NCBI GenBank assembly: GCA_041288095.1
Contig: JBGGMJ010000146.1
Coordinates: 1 to 61,211 of the forward strand
Reading direction: 5' to 3'
DNA length: 61,211 nucleotides
DNA from: Myxococcota bacterium
GTDB lineage: Bacteria > Myxococcota > XYA12-FULL-58-9 > JALHOP01
Shown here: positions 1 to 9,405 of the stretch, piece by piece
Position numbering within the stretch: position 1 is the first letter of the stretch
How the letters are laid out: each line of letters starts with the position of its first letter
Notes under the pieces: generated by a model
The model's input: the letters and a program-made list of their open reading frames with translations, nothing else
Database searches by the model: none
What the model was told of the DNA's origin: nothing
Translations under genes and position numbers: made by a program

Positions 1-1
1 C

Positions 2-2497
2 TTCCCCATCGTCGACTGGGGGCCGGACGGCATCCGCTCGAGCGACTTCAACGTACTCCAGGTCTACAGCGGCGACGGCGTCGGCATGAACGCCTTCAAG
101 ACCGGCCGGGTGCGCGTCACCACGGAGCCGTATTCGGGGCGCACACCCACCGGCGCCGTCCCCGCCGCCGTCGATTTCGACGTCGTCGCCTCGCCCGAGA
201 TCCTCGCGGTGCAGGACGGGCGTCTGGTGCGACGCGGCCGCGCGACCGATAGCGTCACCGTGTTGCCGAGCGAGCTCGGAAGCACCTTCCGCGTGTTCTG
301 GGAATCGCAGCGCGAGATCACCGCCGTGCTCGGTGATAACGGCGTCTGGCTGCAGGCGCGCGACGGCTCGGCGCAAACCGTGCTCAATCCTTGCGGTGGC
401 TCGCTCGTCCACTCCGCCGCGCTCACCGCGACCATCCCGCGTCACCCAGCGGCGAGCCCGAATCTCGCGGTCATCGTCGCCGACGACAGCGTGCCCGCCC
501 GTCACACGCATTGCGAGATCGATCTCGCGACCGGCGCCGTGGTCGCCAACATCGCGCTCGCCAACGCGGCATGCCCCGACCCCTACATGCTCGCGAGCGA
601 CACCATGACGGGGCGCCTTCTGGCCGCGGGCTCCGGCTGCGCGTTCCTCTATCGCGTCGCTTCCCCATCGACCATCGACCTCGGCGCCGATGTCACCTTC
701 GACGGCGGCGTCCCACCAACGAGCATGGTGCTCGACAGTCGGTCCGCTACAGCGCTCGTCCTCGTCGCCGGCACGGTCTACACCATCTCGTTGACCGAGG
801 ATGTGCTCGACGCCTTCCCGTGGAGCATGCAGCGACCAGTGAGCGGCGTCTTCACCGCCACGGCCATCGCTATCGACCCCGTCACCGGCGTGCCGTGGGT
901 AGCCGGCATCGATAGCAGCGCCAACGCCACCGTCTATCTCGCGTACACCGAGCGCAACAGCACGCAGGTCGCGTGGATCGAGGCGCAACGCAACGATCCG
1001 ACCGCGCAGACGCCGCCCAGCATGCTGCTGTTCGATCCAGGCAGTCGCGCCTTGTACAGCTCACGGCCAAAGGTGTCTTTCACCGCCACGGCGTCGATGC
1101 TCACGATCAACTACGCCGACCTCGAGCACAACACGACGATTGCGACGATCGACTATCCAATCCGAGCCTGGCCCGACACCCTCGACGTTCGCGACATGGT
1201 GATGGTCGGACCGCAGCCCATCGGCGTGTCGGTCTCGAGCGCCGCGCCTGGTCAGCGCGTCACCGTCATCGGCAGTGGCTTCAATGGCGGTGGCCGCGAC
1301 GAGGTGTTCCTGCAGGGCGTGCCGGCGCAGGTCGTCGCATCGACCCGTGAGAGCATCACGTTCGTCGTGCCCCCGGCGTTTCGCGCCGTCGCGGACGAGC
1401 ATCACTACGCATACTCGTTGCAGGTGGGTGTCCGCTCCAGCGGTCTGTTGAGCGGTCCGGTGCCGATGCGGGGGCAAGGCTACACGTTCGGCGAGTTCGG
1501 CGAAGACGAGATCGACCTGATCGCTTTGCTGCCTGGCCAATTTCTCGAGGTGCCCTCGGCGCCGTCCACGAATTGCCCGGCGACTTGCACCGGCGGCGCT
1601 ACGCTCGTCGACAGTCTCGGCCGCGCCGGCGTGCTCGCGATACGCACTGGCGACCCGAACTTCGGGGTCTCACGTCTCGAGGGCAACAATCCCTCCGAGC
1701 TCATGACCGCGCGTGGCTTCTCCTTGCCGACACGCGTCCCGGGAGTGCGGCGCATCGTCGGCGCCATCGGCGCGACCCTCGTCGAGCAGTTCGCGCCCCA
1801 ATATCCGTACGGCGGTTTGGGCCAGCCATATGCCGCGCAACGCGAGCACGCGGCCGCGGCCGCTTTCAGCGCGCTCGCTCCCAGCCCCAACGGTGAGCTC
1901 ATCGTCGGTTCGACCACCGCCGGTCTTTCGACCTTCAATGCCGGCGACCTGCGTCCTCATCCCGCCGGCTCCGTCGGCGGTGCGGCCGGAGCTCGCGTCG
2001 GCGTGACCAGCAACGGCCTCGTCGTCAGCGCTAGTGCCGCGGGGGCCATCGCGGCGGCCCGTCTCACCGACAACAGCTTCACCAGCCTGCCGGTCGTGGT
2101 CGACATCTCGGCATGCCCGGCTGGCGCGCGTGGCGCGGTGCTCGCGATCGTAGGCGATGCGGTCGGCGCCGACGTCGTGATGGTCAGCGACTACGGCGGC
2201 GGCATCCTCGCGGTCGAAGAGATCCACGATGGCGGATCCACGGTGACTACGCGCTGCCGAAGCTTTGGCGCCGCCCCGACGCCTACGACCACGGCGATCC
2301 TCGACCTCTCTGGAGCTCGCCTCGTCGTCGTCGCGGGAACGCTGGCGGTGCTCTATGACACCTTCGACATGCGCCTCCCGATGGACTCGGAGACGCTACC
2401 GCTGGCGCCGGCCGGCGGTATCTTGCGCGAGCGCGGCGACGAGCTGTTTTTCACCAGCGCGCTCCAGTTCTTTACTCAGGCGGTCCAGACCCAATGA
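2..2497 (+). CDS. Large beta-rich protein with IPT/TIG domain and probable beta-propeller-like repeats (5' truncated)
   Basis: Frame is open from position 2 (FPIVDWGPDG...) into the 86..2497 ORF. It contains an IPT/TIG-like segment SSAAPGQRVTVIGSGF...VFLQGVPAQVVASTRESITFVVP. The stop overlaps the next ATG (ATGA). Confidence 0.6.
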   Translation, partial: FPIVDWGPDGIRSSDFNVLQVYSGDGVGMNAFKTGRVRVTTEPYSGRTPTGAVPAAVDFDVVASPEILAVQDGRLVRRGRATDSVTVLPSELGSTFRVFWESQREITAVLGDNGVWLQARDGSAQTVLNPCGGSLVHSAALTATIPRHPAASPNLAVIVADDSVPARHTHCEIDLATGAVVANIALANAACPDPYMLASDTMTGRLLAAGSGCAFLYRVASPSTIDLGADVTFDGGVPPTSMVLDSRSATALVLVAGTVYTISLTEDVLDAFPWSMQRPVSGVFTATAIAIDPVTGVPWVAGIDSSANATVYLAYTERNSTQVAWIEAQRNDPTAQTPPSMLLFDPGSRALYSSRPKVSFTATASMLTINYADLEHNTTIATIDYPIRAWPDTLDVRDMVMVGPQPIGVSVSSAAPGQRVTVIGSGFNGGGRDEVFLQGVPAQVVASTRESITFVVPPAFRAVADEHHYAYSLQVGVRSSGLLSGPVPMRGQGYTFGEFGEDEIDLIALLPGQFLEVPSAPSTNCPATCTGGATLVDSLGRAGVLAIRTGDPNFGVSRLEGNNPSELMTARGFSLPTRVPGVRRIVGAIGATLVEQFAPQYPYGGLGQPYAAQREHAAAAAFSALAPSPNGELIVGSTTAGLSTFNAGDLRPHPAGSVGGAAGARVGVTSNGLVVSASAAGAIAAARLTDNSFTSLPVVVDISACPAGARGAVLAIVGDAVGADVVMVSDYGGGILAVEEIHDGGSTVTTRCRSFGAAPTPTTTAILDLSGARLVVVAGTLAVLYDTFDMRLPMDSETLPLAPAGGILRERGDELFFTSALQFFTQAVQTQ

Positions 2498-3777
2498 CCT
2501 TCCTCACGCTGGTACTCTCTTCGCTGCTCACGGCGCCCGCCGACCAGGCGCAAGCACGGCTCGACGCCGCGCAAGTCGCCTTCGCCCAAGGTGACCTCGA
2601 CCTGGCTCGCGCCGAGGTCGACGCCGCGCTGTCCGTCGACGCGGACAACCCCGATGCGCTCCTCGCGGCGGCACGGCTAGCGCGCAAGGCCGGTGACCCC
2701 GACACGGCCGCAAGGCACCTCGCCCGCCTCTTGGAGCTCGACCCCGATGACGACGACGCGCGCTTCGAGCTCGCTCTGGCGCAGGCGGAAGTCGGGCAGC
2801 GCGACGCGGCCGGCTCGACACTCGACGCCCTGGTCGCGCGTGATCCGCAGCGCGCCGAGGCGCTCGCCGCGCGTGCTCGGCTGTCCTCCGGCGACGACGT
2901 TCGTGGCACCGACACCGGCGGCGTGAAGCCGCTCGCGCGTCTCGGGCTCGGCATGACCTACGACTCGAACGTCCAGCTCGCTTCGAGTCAGGTGCCGTCG
3001 ACCGTGGATCGCAGCACTCCGACCATCGACGTCGAAGCGGTGGGCGGCATCACCTACGGGCGCGCCGACCAGCTCCAGGGTGCGCGGCCCTTCACGCTGC
3101 TTGCGCGCGTCACCAACCAGACGAGCACCGACGGTGATGAAGCCCTGCACGGTGTCGTGCCTTCGACCATCGGCCTCATCGCGCAGGGCCAACACCGGTT
3201 CGGAGCGTTCCAGCTGGCGCTCGACATGCGCTACACCGAGATCTTCGTCGACAGCTTCAGCCAGCACGTACAGCGGCTGATCGCACCGAGCGTCTGGGCC
3301 TCTCGCGCCATGGGCCGCCACGTGTTCCGTTTCCTCGGTGGCATCGAGTACCGCGACACGGAAGACGACGTGACCATCGCTGGCCCGGACAACGTGACCT
3401 ACGAGCTGGCCTTGCGCGATACCATGCGGCTTGCGCCGGTTCGGCTCATCCTCGACCTACGAGGCGCCATCAACAAGGCGAGCGACAACACCGTGCAAGC
3501 GCTCGTCGACTTCAAGGAAGTCGCGGGTTTCGCCTACGCGTGGGTGCCGGTGGTGGGAAGTCTGTCCGCTTTCGGGCTCGGGGAAGTGGCGGGGCGCGCT
3601 TTCGAAGCCGGAGACGTCAAGGAAGTGACCTACCGCACCGAGCTGGGGGCCCGTTACGGCTTCGATGTTTTCGAGCTGCACGCCGAATACGGCTTCATGC
3701 GCAACGTCTCAGATCGTGATGCCCGTACATTCAACCGCCACGTGGTGAGCGCCGGCGTGCGCTTCTGGTACCAATAG
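2494..3777 (+). CDS. TPR-repeat protein with C-terminal outer-membrane beta-barrel
   Basis: N-terminal signal peptide, Ala-rich TPR helices (ALSVDADNPDA, LLELDPDDDDARFELA), then alternating beta-strands ending VSAGVRFWYQ (aromatic barrel terminus). Confidence 0.7.
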   Translation: MTFLTLVLSSLLTAPADQAQARLDAAQVAFAQGDLDLARAEVDAALSVDADNPDALLAAARLARKAGDPDTAARHLARLLELDPDDDDARFELALAQAEVGQRDAAGSTLDALVARDPQRAEALAARARLSSGDDVRGTDTGGVKPLARLGLGMTYDSNVQLASSQVPSTVDRSTPTIDVEAVGGITYGRADQLQGARPFTLLARVTNQTSTDGDEALHGVVPSTIGLIAQGQHRFGAFQLALDMRYTEIFVDSFSQHVQRLIAPSVWASRAMGRHVFRFLGGIEYRDTEDDVTIAGPDNVTYELALRDTMRLAPVRLILDLRGAINKASDNTVQALVDFKEVAGFAYAWVPVVGSLSAFGLGEVAGRAFEAGDVKEVTYRTELGARYGFDVFELHAEYGFMRNVSDRDARTFNRHVVSAGVRFWYQ

Positions 3778-3790
3778 GAATCGAGCGACC

Positions 3791-4555
3791 ATGAACACGC
3801 TAATCCTCATCACGCATCTCGTGCTCGCTCAGACGCCCGTCACCGCGCGCGTCGTTCAGGTCATCGGCAAGGTCGAGCTCATCTCCGGCCAAGCCGTAGC
3901 GCCCTTGGACCGCTTTGGCGAAGTGCCGATGGGCACCATCATCGCGACCGGTGACGACGGTCGTTGCAGCTTGCGCTTGCCGAGCGGAACTCTCATCCGA
4001 CTCGGGTCCAACACCCGTGTCGAGGTAGCCTCGTTGACGCGCGGTGACCCGGCCGCGGCGCGCAAGGAAACCATCAAGGTGTCGGTGGGCCGGCTCTGGG
4101 CCAAGGTTACCAAGCTCTTCGGTAACGACTCGCGCTTCGAAGTGCAGACCGACAACGCCGTCGCCGGTGTCCGCGGCACCGCCTTCTTCGTCGAGACCAA
4201 CGGCAAGCAAGACCAGTTCGTCGTCGATCACGGCGCCATCAGCGTGAATGGAGCCGGTGGGTCGCTGAGCCTCGACGGCCCTGGCGCGGCGGGTGGCTTC
4301 CACGATGGTACGCTATCGCCGACCAACCCGTTGAGCGCTGGGGCGCTCGCGGCCATGCGCGCCGACGTTGGTGGCGGTGTTACCAACCTTCTGGCCGACA
4401 CCGACCCGACCGGCACGACCAGTCGCGAGCCTTTCCGCGACACTCTCGTAGGCCCGGACGATCCGGTGGACGACCTGCAGCCCGCGGCGCGGCCGACCGA
4501 CAGCTTCGGCGGCGATGCGAGCATCACCGTGCGGCTGATCGTTCCGAACCTTTGA
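3791..4555 (+). CDS. FecR-domain protein
   Basis: Signal-like N-terminus and FecR motifs IATGDDGRCSLRLPSGTLIRLGSNT and FEVQTDNAVAGVRGTAF. Confidence 0.85.
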   Translation: MNTLILITHLVLAQTPVTARVVQVIGKVELISGQAVAPLDRFGEVPMGTIIATGDDGRCSLRLPSGTLIRLGSNTRVEVASLTRGDPAAARKETIKVSVGRLWAKVTKLFGNDSRFEVQTDNAVAGVRGTAFFVETNGKQDQFVVDHGAISVNGAGGSLSLDGPGAAGGFHDGTLSPTNPLSAGALAAMRADVGGGVTNLLADTDPTGTTSREPFRDTLVGPDDPVDDLQPAARPTDSFGGDASITVRLIVPNL

Positions 4556-6590
4556 GCGGCGCGCGCCGACGGGCGGTGCGCAGCGCGCGAATGGCGCGTG
4601 GCGTGTCGTCGAAGCCGCCTCGGACCAAGCCGAAGCGCTGACGCTCGTAGACCGCGAGCGCCATGGCGAGCGCGCGTGCCAGCTCGTGCGTGAGCCCAAG
4701 CTCGCGGGTTGCCTGGTCGACCCCATCACGCAAGGTGCGTGTGACAGCCAACGGCTCTCCGAGCACCTGCGCCAGCGTCCGCTGGAGCGCAACGGCGAGC
4801 GGATGGACGCGCCGACGATGGACACGCCGACGGCGGCGCCAGAGCCACGCCGAAGCGATCACCGCGGCGCAACACGCGACGATAGCGGCGAGCGTCTTCT
4901 TGTCGGCGAGCCGCGGCAGCTCGACCGGCAGACTGCGCACGCCTTGCGTCACCTGCGAGAAGATCTGGAATTGCTGTGACAGGCCATAGTCCAAAACGTA
5001 GTCGTCCCAGTTGCGGCGGATCCTCTCGAGCATGGCCCCGAGCCTCGAGAGCTGGGCGCTGCCCCGGTTGCCCGGGGGCGTGGCGTCGTCGAGCACCCAG
5101 CCGACGCCCTCGGCGTACCACTCGACCCAGGCGTGTGCGTTGTCGGCGGTGAACACCGCGACCTGGGCCTCGCCATCCCAAGCTCCCCCCTGGAAGCCAC
5201 CAACGACCCGTGCCGGCACTCCAGCGGCACGCAACAAGGCGGCGAACGCGGTCGCGAAGTACTCGCAGTGGCCACGTCGATCATCGAAGAGAAAAGCGGC
5301 CAACGGGTCGTCGACGCGCCCGTTGGGCAGGTCGAGGGTGTAGACGAAGCCGCGCAGGAACGTTCTCAGGGCCGACGCTTTAGCGGACGAGGAAGACGCG
5401 CCGCGAGTGGTGGCGCGCGCGAGCTCCGGGACTCGCGCGTCGAGGTCCTCGGGTAGCGTGAGCCAGGCCGACAGAGCTTCGACGTCGAGAGGCTGCTCCG
5501 TAAGGAAGGCGCCGTCGGCCGCGCTCAAGCTGGTGGGCCCCGCGACCGCGTAACGAATGGGGCCGCTCGTCACTGCGTCGACTTCACCGTTCGGGCGCAA
5601 CGTGATGGTGCGCGTGCTCATCGAGGGGTTCGCGCCACCACCGCCGAGGAGGGTCAGGCTCTGCACCGGTCCCAGCACCAAGAGCCGGTTGTCGGCGACC
5701 GGCTGCATGAAGACCTCGTACATACGCGCGTCGGCGCGGTGAGCCATCTGGGTAACCGGCGGCGCGCCCATGACCACCAGGCCTTCGTTGCGCGCGAAGC
5801 CGTCGCGGTTCATGCGGTCGTAAGTCGCGGCGCGCATGTAGAGGCCCTGTTCGAACTGCGTGAACGTGATGCCTTTGACGCGGGCCACCACCGCCCCGGT
5901 GCCACGTGCCATCGGAGAGCCGCGCAGTGACACCGCCGACGGGAGTCCCGCTTGCTGGCCCAGCTTGAAGCTGCCGAGACCGACGCGTGGGAAGAGCACG
6001 AAGAGGAGGGTCGTCGAGAGCAAGACGACGAGACTGACCATGGCGCTGGCGCCGAAGAAGACGGGGGTGATGATGTCGCGGCGCGCGAGCGTCACCTCGA
6101 GCTTGGCGCCGAAGGGCAGGGCGGCTTCGCGCTCGGCGCCTTCGACGAGCTGCCGTGTGACCAGGGCCCAAACGATGCTCACGGCATAGGCGACGAAGGC
6201 GGCGCCGTAGCTCACACCGTTGTTCATGCCGGCGCCCGCGATGACGACGAGCAGCGAGACGAGTAGCGCTTGCAGGTCGTGCTTCAAGGTGCGGCGCGTG
6301 ATGATGCGCGCGAGGAAGATGCCGACGAGCGCGCCCGACGAAGCGGGTAGCAGCGCCTCGAGCCCGAGGCTCTGCAGGGTCACGGCGGCATAAACGATGG
6401 CGAGGCCACCGACCAACGTGCCGGTCCAGGTGGGCACACCGCGGCCGCGCGCCTGCTGGAACGCCGAGGCCGCCGGCACGAAGACCGCGAGCCACATCCA
6501 GAGCGGTAGTTGGTTCGCGGACAGCAAGGTCAAGAGCGCGGTGGTCGTCGCGAGGACGAAGCCGACGGCGTAGGCGAAACCGAGGCTCAT
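4524..6590 (-). CDS. Transglutaminase TgpA-family membrane protein (DUF3488 + transglutaminase domain)
   Basis: Start re-called at ATG 6590 (MSLGFAYAV), overlapping the DUF58 stop. Multiple TM helices, LFVLFPR, catalytic GHCEYFA, and AHAWVE...W...DATP. Confidence 0.9.
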   Translation of the reverse strand: MSLGFAYAVGFVLATTTALLTLLSANQLPLWMWLAVFVPAASAFQQARGRGVPTWTGTLVGGLAIVYAAVTLQSLGLEALLPASSGALVGIFLARIITRRTLKHDLQALLVSLLVVIAGAGMNNGVSYGAAFVAYAVSIVWALVTRQLVEGAEREAALPFGAKLEVTLARRDIITPVFFGASAMVSLVVLLSTTLLFVLFPRVGLGSFKLGQQAGLPSAVSLRGSPMARGTGAVVARVKGITFTQFEQGLYMRAATYDRMNRDGFARNEGLVVMGAPPVTQMAHRADARMYEVFMQPVADNRLLVLGPVQSLTLLGGGGANPSMSTRTITLRPNGEVDAVTSGPIRYAVAGPTSLSAADGAFLTEQPLDVEALSAWLTLPEDLDARVPELARATTRGASSSSAKASALRTFLRGFVYTLDLPNGRVDDPLAAFLFDDRRGHCEYFATAFAALLRAAGVPARVVGGFQGGAWDGEAQVAVFTADNAHAWVEWYAEGVGWVLDDATPPGNRGSAQLSRLGAMLERIRRNWDDYVLDYGLSQQFQIFSQVTQGVRSLPVELPRLADKKTLAAIVACCAAVIASAWLWRRRRRVHRRRVHPLAVALQRTLAQVLGEPLAVTRTLRDGVDQATRELGLTHELARALAMALAVYERQRFGLVRGGFDDTPRAIRALRTARRRAPLKGSERSAAR

Positions 6591-7669
6591 GCCACCTGCT
6601 CCTCGGGCGCTCCGCCGACGCGGACAATGTGGTCGGCGTGAACCGAAACCTCGCCGGCGCATACGGCGACGAGGGTCGTAGTGCGGCCGACCACGCCGCC
6701 GAGGGAAGGCTGCTGCGGATCGAGGGCCGCCAGCGCCCGCAGGATGGTCCAGGCGTGGCCCGGCCCGACATCGCTCGTGACCATGGTGCCTGGTCCGCGC
6801 AAGCCGACCCGCGTGCCCATCTCGAGCAATGCTTCGGCGAGGCTGCCCGCCGTCGCGATGGCGAGCTCGATGTCTTCGCTTTCGGCACGGCGGCTGAGCG
6901 CCAGCTCGATGACGACGTCGTGACCAGCGATGGCCTCGGTCTCGGCGACGAGCCAGCGGCCGACCTTCGCCGAGCGCCGCCACTTGATGCGACGCAGGTC
7001 GTCGCCCGTGCGGAACGCGCGCATGGCGAAGTAGTCCTCACCGGTGCCGGCGACGTTGGCGGCGGCGCTACCCCGACGGCCGGCGACTTCCACGGCGAGA
7101 CCGCGAACATCGACGAGGCGAGGAGCCACCCAAAAGGCGGGCGGCGGCATCCGCTTGAACGGACGCGCTTTCACGAAGAAACCGAACGGATACATGGTCT
7201 CGACGACGATCTCGTCGACCGTGTACTTGCCGCGCTGCTCGAGGTTCGCGCGCGCCAGGGCTTCATGCGACGCCCCCGCCGATAGGCGCAAAACGAAAGG
7301 AGCGGCCGCAACCTCCTGGCCGCCGTCGGGGGCGACCAGGCGCGCGCGTACATCGAGACCCAAGGCCGCGAAACGCCGGGCGCCATTGGTGAGCCGCACC
7401 GGCAAGGCAAACGGAACGTGAGCGCGCGCGTCCTTGGGCAGCAAGGCGTCGACGGACAGGCCGCGCAGCGCCAGCTCCGAGAGCACACCGGAGACGACGA
7501 TGCCGGAGAGCACGAGGCCCCAAGCAAGGAAGAGCAGATTGTTACCGGTATTGATGGCCGCGAAGCCCGTGGCCAAAGCGAGGCCGACGACGACGCGTCC
7601 GGCGCGGGTGAAGCGCAGCTGCCGGGGCGCGTTGCGCCACAGGCGTCGCCACAGCGCGTTCAGCTTCAC
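6587..7669 (-). CDS. DUF58 domain protein
   Basis: Start re-called at GTG 7669 (GTGA overlap with the MoxR stop). Motifs AAINTGNNLLFL, YPFGFF, EDYFAMRAFRTGDDLRRIKWRRSAK. Confidence 0.9.
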   Translation of the reverse strand: MKLNALWRRLWRNAPRQLRFTRAGRVVVGLALATGFAAINTGNNLLFLAWGLVLSGIVVSGVLSELALRGLSVDALLPKDARAHVPFALPVRLTNGARRFAALGLDVRARLVAPDGGQEVAAAPFVLRLSAGASHEALARANLEQRGKYTVDEIVVETMYPFGFFVKARPFKRMPPPAFWVAPRLVDVRGLAVEVAGRRGSAAANVAGTGEDYFAMRAFRTGDDLRRIKWRRSAKVGRWLVAETEAIAGHDVVIELALSRRAESEDIELAIATAGSLAEALLEMGTRVGLRGPGTMVTSDVGPGHAWTILRALAALDPQQPSLGGVVGRTTTLVAVCAGEVSVHADHIVRVGGAPEEQVA

Positions 7670-8715
7670 CGCGGCACGGGGACCTGCGACACCAGCTCGT
7701 CGATCACCGTGACTGCCTGGTGACGGGTGCGTGAGGCACCGCGAGCGCCCGAGACCATGATGCGGTGGGCGAGCACCGACGGCGCCAAGGCCTTCACGTC
7801 GTCGGGAATGACGTAATCGCGCCCGCGCACGAACGCCCAGGCACGGGACGCGGCGTCGAAGGCGAGGGCGCCACGTGGCGAGCAACCGAGGACGATGTCG
7901 GGATGGACGCGGGTGGTTTGCACCAGGGCGAGGATGTAGTCCGCGATGGCGGGCGATAACACGACGCTGTCCACGCACTCCTGTGCTTGAACGACGCGCG
8001 CCGAGTCGAAGAGCGGTTGCAGTTGCTGCATCGCCGTCTCCGGCGCGCGTGGCGACAACAAGAGCGCTCGCTCGTCGGCGGCCGGCGGATAACCGAGCCC
8101 GGTACACACGAGGAAGCGATCGAGCTGGCTCTCGGGCAGTGGATAGGCGCCGTGATGCTCGGTTGGGTTCTGCGTCGCGAGGACGATGAACGGCGCTTCG
8201 AGCTGATAGCTCTGGTCGTCGATGGTCACCTGGCGGTCGGCCATGGCCTCGAGCATCGCCGACTGGGTCTTCGGCGAGGCCCGGTTGATCTCGTCCGCCA
8301 AAACGACCTGAGCGAACACCGGTCCGCGCTTGAAGGTGAAGGTGCCGCGGGTCTGGTCGAGCACCTGAACACCGAGGACGTCGCTCGGCAGCAAGTCGGA
8401 GGTGAACTGGATGCGCGAGAAGGACGAGCCCAGCACTTTGGCAATGGCCCGTGCCAGGGTCGTCTTGCCGACGCCGGGTACGTCCTCGAGGAGCACGTGG
8501 CCGCGCGCCAAGAGCGCCGCCATGGTGATTTCGATCGCTTGGTTGTTGCCCTTGAGGACCGTGGCGACCGCTTCGATGGCGGCGCCCACACGACTACGAA
8601 CCTGGGCCCACTCCGGGGAACGGGAGCCCTTGGCTCCGCCTCGAACACTGGCTGCCCGCGCTTCGCTATTTTCCGGTTCTTGCGCGACGGGGCTACGCAA
8701 CGTCGAGATAGCCAT
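7666..8715 (-). CDS. moxR: MoxR-family AAA+ ATPase
   Basis: HVLLEDVPGVGKT, RIQFTSDLLPSD, LADEINRASPKTQSAMLEAM, ATQNP, YPLPESQLDRF, SPRG. Confidence 0.95.
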   Translation of the reverse strand: MAISTLRSPVAQEPENSEARAASVRGGAKGSRSPEWAQVRSRVGAAIEAVATVLKGNNQAIEITMAALLARGHVLLEDVPGVGKTTLARAIAKVLGSSFSRIQFTSDLLPSDVLGVQVLDQTRGTFTFKRGPVFAQVVLADEINRASPKTQSAMLEAMADRQVTIDDQSYQLEAPFIVLATQNPTEHHGAYPLPESQLDRFLVCTGLGYPPAADERALLLSPRAPETAMQQLQPLFDSARVVQAQECVDSVVLSPAIADYILALVQTTRVHPDIVLGCSPRGALAFDAASRAWAFVRGRDYVIPDDVKALAPSVLAHRIMVSGARGASRTRHQAVTVIDELVSQVPVPR

Positions 8716-8763
8716 GACACCTCTTCCTCAGTGTGGCCGCGACGTGAGCCCCTGTCGAGTCGA

Positions 8764-9348
8764 CTAGACCGGGTCCAAAAGCCTCGCCACGGCGCTCTCC
8801 TCGCTGAGGAGCTTCGCCACTGCCCGTGCCACCGAGCTATCGCTGTTCTCGATGGTTACTTCGTGGAGCGGCACCCAGTGAGCCCCCTGGATGCCTTCTT
8901 CGAGCTTCAGGTCACGTGTTCCGGCTCGAAACAGGAAACGCACGTCGAAGTGGCGATGTTCCGGCTCGTCTTTGCGGGCAGGGATGACATGGACGTCGAC
9001 GTCGAAGATGCCGTCACCGATGAGGGCCATGTTGGCGATGCCGGTCTCCTCGATGGCTTCGCGGCGGGCGGCTTCCATGAGGTCGCCGTCGTGCGCCTCG
9101 ACGTGGCCACCGGGCTGCAACCAACGATCGAGCTTGGGGTGATGGACGAGCAGCATGGCATCGCCGCTCGGCGACACGACGAAAGCGCTCGCCGTGAAGT
9201 GGCCGGGCTCGTAGTGCGAGCGCGTGAAGATCTCGGGACCAGCCGCGGCCAGGCGGTGCATGGCCTGGAGGTGTTTGGCCTCGTTCTCGTCGAAGGGCGC
9301 GTGCTTGCCGAGCAAGTCACGCGTCGATTTCAGCAGCGGTGAGCTCAT
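8764..9348 (-). CDS. NUDIX hydrolase
   Basis: GHFTASA...HHPKLDRWLQPGGH and Nudix box AARREAIEETG, plus HRHFDVRF. Start taken at ATG 9348. Confidence 0.9.
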   Translation of the reverse strand: MSSPLLKSTRDLLGKHAPFDENEAKHLQAMHRLAAAGPEIFTRSHYEPGHFTASAFVVSPSGDAMLLVHHPKLDRWLQPGGHVEAHDGDLMEAARREAIEETGIANMALIGDGIFDVDVHVIPARKDEPEHRHFDVRFLFRAGTRDLKLEEGIQGAHWVPLHEVTIENSDSSVARAVAKLLSEESAVARLLDPV

Positions 9349-9405
9349 GACGGGGGGCGTTGTCGCACGCCCCGCGGCATCTAACAATCACCCGAGACGC
9401 GTCGA

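Noticed and set aside
4524..4555. 32-bp convergent 3' overlap of FecR and TgpA genes
   Set aside because: Common in compact high-GC genomes; no sign of frameshift or pseudogene.
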